The notes under the pieces are model-generated. The model made no database searches. It saw only the letters and a program-made list of their open reading frames with translations, and was not told the DNA's origin. A stretch of 64,000 nt of DNA. Origin: the human T2T-CHM13v2.0 reference genome, Homo sapiens. Each line of letters begins with the position of its first letter. Position 1 is the stretch's first letter. The translations under genes and the position numbers were made by a program. This document shows positions 52,891 to 64,000 of this stretch, piece by piece. The stretch lies in assembly GCF_009914755.1 (NCBI RefSeq), contig NC_060928.1; one strand, 5' to 3'.

Positions 52891-54513
52891 CTTCATCTAA
52901 GCCAGTTTTAGCTGGGGTTGTTACTGCGCACAGTGGGAATAGTTTCAATGAAATGCCGATCTAAATATAGAGCAGCTGTTTTCTAGGCCATAAATAAAAC
53001 ACAGTAAATGGATTACAAGTTAATTCTAAAGTTATGTTCTGTTTCTCAATATCTGCTTTTTCTATGCAATCATACTTTCTGGCTCCATCTTTTATCTGTA
53101 ACCATTGCAGATAAACTCTAGCTTGTTGCACTATATATTTTTAGAACAATTTGGATAATGAAAATATATAATATAAAGAATAATTTAAAGGTTCTGAAAT
53201 ATTATCAATAATAAGACATTGATTATTTAACACTGACATAAAATGTGATTATTCTATATGAATTACTTTATTTTAAAAGAACTTCCACTATTCATATATA
53301 TTCAGAAAATTATTTTACTATTGTTTATTTCACACATAATATGAATAATAAATGTTCACTTGACTAAATTTTATATTTGGCTTGTAATTGCAACGAATTT
53401 TGATACATTAACATTTAAATACTAATCTCTGACAAATCAATTTCATAGCAATTAATCCCTAAACTGCTAATTGACACTTGATATGTGTGTTAAGTGTTAT
53501 AAACAGCATGGTAGCTTACATGCTAAATGTCAAATGTGTGTTTAAGTAAAATTTGTTAATAATAAATTAATTACATATTTAGTCCTTGCCATTTAATTTT
53601 AATGATATTAGATTCTTGTCTCAGGAACTTATTCCCATGAGTATTTTCAATAAAATGAAATCATTTTCCAGGTTATTTGTTTACTTATATTTAATTCTAC
53701 TTGTACAATAAAAAGCTCCCTCTTTTCAAGGGATTATAGAATTAATATATTTTCTATTTTCTATAATTCCTGCATTAACTGTGTATGCATTTCTTTTATT
53801 GAAAGAATGGTAAACATTGTTAGCAAAAGAAAAAGTATGAAGAACTGACTTAGGAACTCTTAATCACTCATCTAGCAACCACAACTTCTTTATGAATACA
53901 GAGGTAAACAATTGATAAGTTCTAAATATGAGACAAGAACCAGAAAAATTGTAACATTAACAGGATAAAATAATGAAGTAAGTTGAAAAATAACAATTGC
54001 ACTGTTTTCAAATAAAATTTTTTTGGTTAATTGAGTATGCTACTTAATTAGTAAATAGGATTTTTAAACTGATACATAGATTAATACAAAAGAAAAACCT
54101 TTTGAAGTTTACATTAGTAGTAAATTGTAATCTGTATTTCACTTTATGTTTGTCTCACTAAAAATCTCCTGTTATTTATATATCCCATGACACTAATGGA
54201 AAAAATATATTTTTTAATTTATTATATTTAAATATATTGACAAAACAGTATAGTAGTTATACTGTAAGTGTATCTACAAGCAATCTGATAATTTAATACT
54301 TCCCATGTAATCTCATTTAAAAACAAGACAGAGTAGGTGGGGAGTAACATTACATGTTATGACAATATTAAATACTGTAAGCAATATAACATCATAAGGA
54401 TGAATTAAAATCGAATTACATTTAAGAAGAGCCAATCAATTTTGTAAGAAAAAAATGAGTTTTCAACATTTGATGCTTTAAGAAAAAGTCAGTACAAAAT
54501 AAGAATACTGATG

Positions 54514-54954
54514 TGTCGTGGTTGAATTGTGGCTCCTCAAAATATGTCCACTCAGAAACTCAAAACATGACCTTATTCAGAATGAGGCTTTGTAGCTTCT
54601 AAGCATCCACTGATAAGAGATCATCCTGAAATAGGGTGGGGATTAAATCCAATGACAAGTACTCATAATAAGAGGAAGAACAGAAATAGGCACACAGAGA
54701 AATGATGACTATATAAAGATAGAGGCTGACTTATGTAGGCCTCAGTCAAGGAATGACAGGCATTGCCATGTCAGCCACCAGAAGCAAGGAGAGAAGCATG
54801 AAAAGGTGCCTCCCCTCTCAGCCTCCATAAAATCCAACCTTGGCAACAACTCGATTTCATATTTCTGTTCTCCAGATACTGAAAGAAGTTCTCTTTTAGA
54901 AGCCACCAAGTTAAAGGTAATTTTTTTTTTATGGCGAGTTTGGAAACAACTACG
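54514..54954 (+). mobile_element. MLT1C-like MaLR solo LTR
   Basis: TGTCGTGGTTGAATTGTGGC...TAAATCCAATGACAAG...CCACCAGAAGCAAGGAGAGAAGCATG...AAGCCACCAAG. Confidence 0.8.
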
Positions 54955-55072
54955 GATTTATTATTTACTGGGAAATGTAATATGTAATTTAATATATGCT
55001 GATTATTGGAAATTTTTCTGAAAATTAATCAATTTGGGACATAAGAAAACACTGAAGAATATCAGCAATTAG

Positions 55073-55275
55073 CTAGCCTGAGCTACATAGCCAGACTCCA
55101 TCTCCGTAAAAAATAAAAGAAAAATTAGCTAGCATCTTGACATGCAGCCCTAGCTACTCAGGAAGTTAATGCAAGAAGATGGCTTGAGACCAGGAGTTGG
55201 AAGCTGCAGTGAGCCATGAAGGCAACACCACACTTTAACATGAGTGACAGAGGGAGGCCCTTTCTAGAAAGAAAG

Positions 55276-55328
<53 letters not shown>

Positions 55329-55372
55329 AAGAGAGAGAGAAAGAAGAAAAGAAAGAAAAGAAAGAAGAAAAA
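55073..55372 (+). mobile_element. Truncated AluJ with (GAAA)n-expanded tail (55266-55372)
   Basis: GGCTTGAGACCAGGAGTTGGAAGCTGCAGTGAGCCATG AluJ-type right arm. Confidence 0.8.
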
Positions 55373-55776
55373 TTTGTTTAATCAACAATTAAAACATAAA
55401 ATGTTCTTCAAAATTAGCTAGAAAGATCATTAAGGAAAAGAAATAGTAGACTTTTCAAGTTCATAGCAAAATGGTCTCTAAAAAGATGCAAATTTACTGT
55501 AAAATTTGAGAAGTATGCAATAAGCAGGTAGAGGAACTGGATGGATGTTTTGAGGAAGAAAAAAATTATAACTGAAAAAAATAATAATGAAATAATCACA
55601 CAGATAATAACATATTGGGAAATGGCAGATTTGGAAGCTCTGAGAGTTGATTCTTCCACCCAAACAACTCTTCATCTGGCAAGAACTGTCAGAATTAATT
55701 ATTTTGGAACATTGGAGGAGTCTAGTTGAGCACTTGTAGCAAACAGATGACTCCTTCATAAAGAAAGAGACTGCTG

Positions 55777-56080
<304 letters not shown>

Positions 56081-57303
56081 AGACTGAGCTACCAGCTACC
56101 ATCCTCCATGCCCAAACTGTATGGCAGGCAGCTATGGGAATAATTCCAGCCTGGGGTGAAATATTGATGACAGGTTGGGCAATAATGACATTTTCCTACA
56201 AAAATTGGTGGTTTACTGAGGGACCAGCATGGAGCTGAGTATTGTTTCAACTCTCTTGGATGGAAGCAGTTTCCCAATTGGCAACCATCAAAATAAAGAA
56301 ATAGACAGCTTTGTTATTTTTCTTTTCTTATTGTGTCCAACTATTTAAGGAAATTTTAGGTCACTTGCTGACTATGGAGATACCAGGACAGAAACTTCAA
56401 TGACCACCAACAAAAAGAAATACATCTTTGCCAAAATAGCTTAGAAAAGTTCCTAAAGAAATAGGTAACTGCAGTCTCAATAACTATCAAAGCAATCTCC
56501 AGGGAGGGAGAAAATCTGATTTCCAAAATTACCACTTTACAATATTTAAGACGTCAAGCTCTCAAAAATAGATGACATAGCATACAAAGAAACAGCAACA
56601 TATGCCCCATTGACAGGATGAAAATAAACTATCCATGAGAAAGCACTGATATTAAACATTATGTTATTATACATAACATTTATTAAACAGAGTAAAACAT
56701 TTCATTCTCTTAAATATGCTCAAAGAGCTAAAGTAAATCATAAAAAAATTATCTACAGAAAGCTAGGTATATGAAAGAGAATATCAATAAAAAAGACATT
56801 ATTAAAAGGGACCAAATAGAAATTATGGTGTTAAAAACTATGATAGCATAAATGAAAAGAAATTAATAGAGGGGAAGAACAGCAGATTTAAGGAGGCACA
56901 AAAAATCAGCAAACTTAAAGATGGAGTCATTAAAATAACCCACTCTGAGGAGCAGAAAATAAAAAGAAAAAAAATAAAGAAGAAAAACAGATACCAAGGG
57001 ACTTACAGTAATTTGAAGCCAAATGAAAATATAAAAAAAAAAGGTAAACATATTGATATGTATAAAAGCTTGTATTATTGTAGGTTTGATTTGCATCTCT
57101 TTTGTTTCCTATATTATTTAAAAATCAAATACATAAAATAATAATTTTAACTCCATGTTAATGGAGACATAATGTATTGTTATTTGGGACAATAACAAAG
57201 GGGCAAAATTGGACAGGAGTGAAATTAATGTATGCTATTGAAGCTAACTTGGAGTCAATTCAAGCTAGATTGTTATAAGTTTAGGATGCTAACTTTAATT
57301 TGC

Positions 57304-57358
57304 ATGGCAACCACTAAAAATAGCTTAAAATGGCAACCACTAAAAATAGCTTAAAATG
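57304..57358. repeat. Perfect 26-bp tandem duplication
   Basis: ATGGCAACCACTAAAAATAGCTTAAA x2. Confidence 0.93.
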
Positions 57359-57548
57359 TACAAAAAAGAAAATAAAGAGGGAATCAAAGGGTACGCTAGA
57401 AAAAAAATCAAACAAAAAAGAGGCAGGATTAAAGGAATTTAGTCTAAAAAAATAAAAATAAATAACAAAATGACAAGTAATACATTCATTATCTAAATGT
57501 AAATGGGTTAAACTTACCAATTAAGAGGTATATTGACAAAATAAATAA

Positions 57549-57881
<333 letters not shown>

Positions 57882-60277
57882 AATAAAACACTTCAATTAC
57901 ATGCTGCTTTCCAGAGATTCATTTTAGACCTACAGATACAAATAGATTAAAGGTGAAAGAATGGAAAAAAAATCCATGTAAATAGGAAATACCCAAAAGG
58001 GAAGAAGAGTAGCTATAAAAATGTGAGACAAAGTAGATTCGAAGTCAAAAACTTATATAAGACAAAGACATTATATATTGATAAAAATTTTAATTCATCA
58101 AGAAAATATAACAATTATAAACATATGCACCATATGTATCTGTATCTATCAAACCTATGTAATGAGAACAACAACAAAACCCTCAAATGTATGAAGCAAA
58201 CATTGACAGAATTAAAGAGACAAATGCTGTTCTACAATAATAGTTGGAAACTTCAATACACCATTTTAAATAATGAATAGAATATGTAACCTGAAGACTA
58301 ATAAAGAAATAGAGATTTTGAACAACATTGTAAGCATGACAAACATTTATAAAATGCTACCGAATATCAGCAGAATATACATCCTTTTGAAATGCACATG
58401 GAGCATTCTCATGAATAGACCATCTATTATGCCAAAATGCAACTCACAATATATTAAAAACAAATTTAAATCATATAAAGCACCTTTCCCATCCATGCTG
58501 GAATAAAATTAGAAATAGCAGAAGGAAAATGGGAAAATTCACAAATATGTGAACATTTAACAATACAGTCTTAAACAGAGGATCAAAAAGTAATCACTGG
58601 GAAAACAGAAAATAATTTGAGATAAATAAAAACAAAAACACAACATACCAAATGTTATGAGAGCCACAATAGCCATGATCAAAAAGAAACTAATAGCTCT
58701 AAATGCTATTATTATATGAGGATCTCAAATTGATGCCTGTAGTTTTACACATTAAGGAAGCAGAAAAACAAGAGTAAACTAAACAGAAATTCAGAATAAA
58801 AAAAGGAAGAAGCAAATATTTCAGTACACATACATTAAATAGAGAATAGAAAAAAGAAATGAAGAGAATTCGTAAAATCAGAAGTTATTGTTTTGAAAAC
58901 ATCAACCAAACTGGCAAAATTTAGCTAACCTAGAAAAGAGTGAAGAACAAACAACTAAACTTAAAAGTGAGGACAAAACTATCAACTTCAGAGAAATGAA
59001 AGGGATTATAAAAGAATATTACAATTGTATGCCAACAAATTAGATAATATAGAATAAATGGACAAATTACTAGAAACATAAAAGTTAGAAAAGCGAATTT
59101 AAAAACAAAAAAAATAGAGAATTTTCAACAAATGTATAATAAGAAGCTGAACTTCCTCATACAAACAAGTCCAGGACCACTTGGCTTCACTGGGGAATTC
59201 CACCAAACATTTGACAAAGAATAAAACCAACCTTAGTCAACATCGTTCAAAAACATAGAATATGGGGAAATAATTCCTAACACGTTCTATGAGGCCAGCA
59301 TTATCTTGAGACCAGAATTATCTTGATGCCAAATCCAACAAAAGCACAAGACAAGAAAATTAAAGGCCACAATCCCTTATAAATACAAATGCAAATATTC
59401 TCTATAAAATACTAGCAGACTAAATTTAATAATATGTTAATAGGATTATGTATCTTAATTGAGTGGAGTTCTTTCAAGGATTGCAATGACAGTCCAATAA
59501 AAGATAATCAATGGGATGCACCACATTAATAAAAGAAAAAACAACACATGATGATCTCAATAGACACAGAAAAGGCACTTGGCAAAGTTCAATGCTCTTT
59601 CATAATAAAAAACACTCAACACACTAGGCACAGAGTGAACTTCCTTAGCATGATAAATATCATTTACGAAAAACCCATAGCTAACATCATATTCTATGGT
59701 GAAAGACTGATAGCTTCCCCTTAAGATTAGAAGATGACAATGACATATATGCTTTCACATTGCTTTTCAACATTTTCCTGGAAGTTCTAGCCAAGGAAGT
59801 GAGGCAGAAAAAAGAAATAAAAGCCATTTAAATTGGAAATGATTGAATATAATTATCTCTGGATATAACTGTTATAATTTTATCTATAAAAACATCCCAT
59901 AGAAGCTACAAGAAAGCTGTGTCGGAAACTTAAATGAAAATAACGAAAGAGTTTTTGGGCTTTTTTGTAAATCTACAATTAGGAGGGCCTCACCTGATAT
60001 ATATTTTACTCCAGGAAGCAAATAGCCCAAATTTTATAATCCACTGGAATTTGTACTTTAGGAATTCTAGGGGTTGTTGTTTAGTATAATTATTTGGCAT
60101 ATAATTTCAATTTGGTAATATGGTACTTCTTTGTCCTTTCTACTAAAATATTTAATGAAAATAATTGTAATCTGAATTTAAAACATGTAAACATGATTAC
60201 TGTAATAACCACTGCACAAAAGTTAATAATTCACAAATAGCAAGTTATTGACTTTTCCATGAGAATCTTAATTTTGA

Positions 60278-60586
<309 letters not shown>

Positions 60587-61089
60587 CAGCTCTTAAAGTA
60601 TAGAAAATTTCAGAACAATATATCATGTTCAAAAAAAGAGTATATTCCATTAATATAAATTATACATACATGAAAACTATTTCACAAAAAAATTAAACTT
60701 CTATCCCTAAGAAGAAGGAACTCGCTTATACATTGTTCCATCTTAAACATCTTTATATCTTTATATAACATCTACATTAAACATTGACTTTAAAGGATGG
60801 CATCCAAAACACAGAGAATTTTGACATGAAAAATGATTTGAATGTTTTATTCTAAATAAATTATCATAACCTGAATTCAAATGACATACCAAAACTTTAA
60901 GTATGCCATTATAAGTAAATAATGTATTAAGAAAAGGCCAGAATCCATAAACAATTTCTACCTTTATATATATATATGTTATATGTATACATAATGTCAT
61001 ATGTATCACTTGTTGACTATGTTACTGTCTGTGTAATTCCCTAATTCATTTTGGCTGTCATTTATTTGCATTTAAAAACACATTATATT

Positions 61090-62860
61090 TTTTCTTGGCA
61101 ACATGTCAGATTAAATATTCTGAGAACTTTCCCATTATAAGAATGCTGCATATGATATAACAAAAATGCTTTTATATTTTTGACTGAGGGCATAATAAAG
61201 CAAGATAATAAACCAAGTAAAGAAATGAAGAGAGAGCTAAAAACATATTCAAAGAAAATACTTAACCTGTAGGTTTTCCTGCAAGTTTCTGCTGATACCA
61301 GTAATTTGGATAGTTGAATTTTAATAGCTTACTGGAGGCAAAATTTTAGCTATCATTAGGTGAGATGTTGTAATAGTAAACAATACAGAAAGCCAGGAAT
61401 ATTGATAGATTATAACCTAAGTAAGAAGATGGCAAAAAATATATGTATAGCCATGCAACCATATAAGGTAATTTGTATATCTTAGGCCTTAAAAATAATT
61501 GTACAAGAAAAGAATTTCCTCTAAGAATTTGCATGTACCAGCTTGACCTCACATTAGTTTGATGTCTGATTGTTCATGATGTGGATGATCCAGGAAATCC
61601 AAGACCAAGGAAACAACTGAAAGATATTGGTTTTGAAATTAGATATATAGAATGAATAAATGCAAATTTTCTATTGAAAAACATACCTGCAGCCATATCC
61701 TTCAAAATTCTCACAAGTTAAACCTCGGCAAACATAAGCTCTCACTCAAAAAGAAAAAAACGCCACACAAGAGTCAATATAACAGGAAGCAACAGAATAC
61801 TAACTGAAGACATCCAGATACTAGAATTATCAAATGCCATAGGAAACAGGTAAACTAAAAATATATATGAACATAAAAAGAAAACTGGAAACATATGCAT
61901 AAATATAAACCATAGAAACATCAAAATGTGTAAAAGTGGCCAAACTGAATGTTTAAATCAAAATTAAAATCAATAATAATTGATTAATGGGTTAATGAGA
62001 AGATTATAGCTAGAAATACATTTATTTCACAGGAAGATAGATCTAAATTAATTACTCAGAATGGAGCATAGAGGGAAAAGATTCACAAAAGGAAACAGCA
62101 TAGGAGATAAGGAGGACAGAGTAAGAAAATCTAGTGTACATCTAATTAAATTTCAGGAAGAGACAAGAGAGGTAAAAATGCAAAGCGATATTGAGGATTT
62201 TCCAAAAGTAACAAAAGTCATGGAGGTTTAGATCATGAAAGTAAAATGACTCCTTTAAACATAAACCAAAGAAGGCAGTACTGTGCTGTAGCCAGTTCAT
62301 AGTGTCCCATGAGAGTCTTCTGTTAAACATTCAGAAATTTACCAGCTGATCTTTAAAACATTGATAGCTTGAACTGGCCATGGTGGAAATATAATAAACC
62401 TCAGAAAACACTACAGAGAGATTTTGGGTTTTTGTTTTTTTGAGGGGGAGGAGTTATTTTGCTTTAACAGGAGAGTTACTTTACCCGTATGCCACTAAGA
62501 AAGGCATACCTCTACCAATAATCGCAAAATTGCAAACCACAAAAAGAGAAAGCATTGTGAAAGCAGCCAGATAGAAAGGACAGGTGATTTGTAAAGAGAT
62601 ATCAGTTTGACACCAGACAACTCAGCAGCATGATTGAATCACACAAGACAAGAAATATCTTCAAAATGCTGTATAAAGAAGAATGTTATTATTCAAAAAT
62701 AGGTCAAAGATTCAGAGAATGTTCCAAGACAAAAATCTCACTAAAGTAACTTCTAAGATATACTTAAAGAAGATAGAATATGACCTAAGAAGGAAGTCCT
62801 GATAGGCACAAGCAAATGGTGAGAAAATAAATCTTTAAACACTTGGTAAATTAAAAATAA
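61090..62860 (+). mobile_element. Ancient HAL1/L1ME-type ORF1-containing fragment
   Basis: ORF1-like DNA (GAAAGCAGCCAGATAGAAAGGACAG, AATATCTTCAAAATGCTG). Confidence 0.5.
62276..62497. mobile_element. MER63-like hAT MITE
   Basis: CAGTACTGTGCTGTAGCCAGTTC start, TAGCTTGAACTGGCCATGGTGG core, ...GCCACTA end. Confidence 0.65.
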
Positions 62861-62867
62861 TTTATTG

Positions 62868-63411
62868 AATCAATTATTTTCTCCTTATAAATATCATCAC
62901 TATTGTGTGGCTTAAAGTAACACTCATTTATTATCTCACAATTTATTTAGACCAGAAGTCTAGGAGGCTCAACTGGGTACTCTGCTTAAGGTCTTACTGA
63001 GCAAAAGTTGAGATGGGGCTGGGGCTGCACTTCTCCTCTGGGAAATCAGAGTCCTCTTTCCTTAAGTTCTCTGGTTGCTGCAGAATTCATTTCCTTCTTA
63101 TGCTTTCCATGCAAGTCCCTTACTTCTTCAAACTAGCAACATTTCATGGGAAGTTTCCTGTGCTTGCAATCTCTTACTTCTTCTGCTGCATTTCACAGGC
63201 TCCAGTCAGAGAAAGTTCTCAGCTTTTAAGGATTTATATAATTTTATTGGGACCACCCAGAAAACCATGGTAATCTCCCTATTTTAAGTTCTATAACTTA
63301 AAACATCTACAAAGTCCCTTTTGCAGTGTAACATAGCATGTGATTTTAACTGGTGCCAAAGACTAGGGTGTGGACTAATCACTGGGAGTGAGGTGTTGCT
63401 CTTCCTATCAC
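62868..63411 (-). mobile_element. MLT1D/MLT1E-like MaLR solo LTR
   Basis: GGCTTAAAGTAACACTCATTTATTATCTCACA...GAAAGTTCTCAGCTTTTAAGG...AATCTCCCTATTTTAAG...CCTATCACA. Confidence 0.78.
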
Positions 63412-64000
63412 ACAATAAAACTCATTGGGTGCAATATTATCAACTTCACATAAATTGTACAATTTCACTTTATATTATGTCCCCAAACAGGAACAATTAA
63501 ACCCTTGTTATTTTATATGGTTACATTCACATGTACTAACATTACAAAGCAAAGCGACGCAATATGCATCTCTATATTTAATATAACCTTAACTTTTGAG
63601 GAGAGAAGAGTGTATGAATTAGAAACGGCTGAAAAGCAGCTTTCTAAATGTTGGTAATGCTCCTTTTAATAAGCTCGATGATGGGCATCTTACCTGCTTA
63701 TTTTATTATTAATCCTTAAATTATTGTATTTTTCTTTTTTAATTCAATGCTTTGGAAAGATAAATAAAATGCATAATTTTCTTAATAATATGTCTTACTG
63801 AGATGAAATTTAAAAGATACATAAAACTCCAAAATTTAAAAACTCCTTAAAAATGGATCGATAATTCAGACCCACAAATAAAATCTAGGACTAAGAAGGG
63901 ATTCTAGAAACTTCTAATATATATATATATGAATAATTTTAGTATTTCACAAATATGTAAAGAGCATACAAAAAGGAAAAAAAAATAACTCCCATCTTTT

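Overview
AT-rich, gene-poor primate DNA, most likely human or another great ape, because it carries an SVA element alongside Alu, L1PA, THE1, MER11 and Tigger1 repeats. I see no credible protein-coding exon, RNA gene, CpG island or CRISPR array. Every long ORF in the track is a decayed L1, THE1 or Tigger remnant, or simple-repeat noise. Well over half the window is nested transposable elements in three clusters. (1) A near-full-length L1PA11/12-like element (4546-17924, -) hosts a near-full-length L1PB1, an MLT2A1 solo LTR and a compound Alu. (2) An L1M1/L1MA-type element (+) hosts a MER11 solo LTR, a 5'-inverted L1PA4 and an AluSg. (3) A Tigger1 (-) hosts a 5'-inverted L1PA13/14-like element and a THE1D LTR. 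There is also a two-LTR THE1C provirus. The most unusual structure is at 22370-23154. An SVA SINE-R appears to be flanked by a perfect 67-bp inverted repeat. It resolves into one minus-strand L1-mediated insertion with a ~150-nt 3' transduction (own AATAAA and poly-A), a twin-priming inversion with a 67-bp duplication, a 12-bp TSD and a TTCT/AA endonuclease site. I found no evidence of a wholly new biological system. Subfamily names come from recalled consensus sequences and need Dfam/RepeatMasker confirmation.
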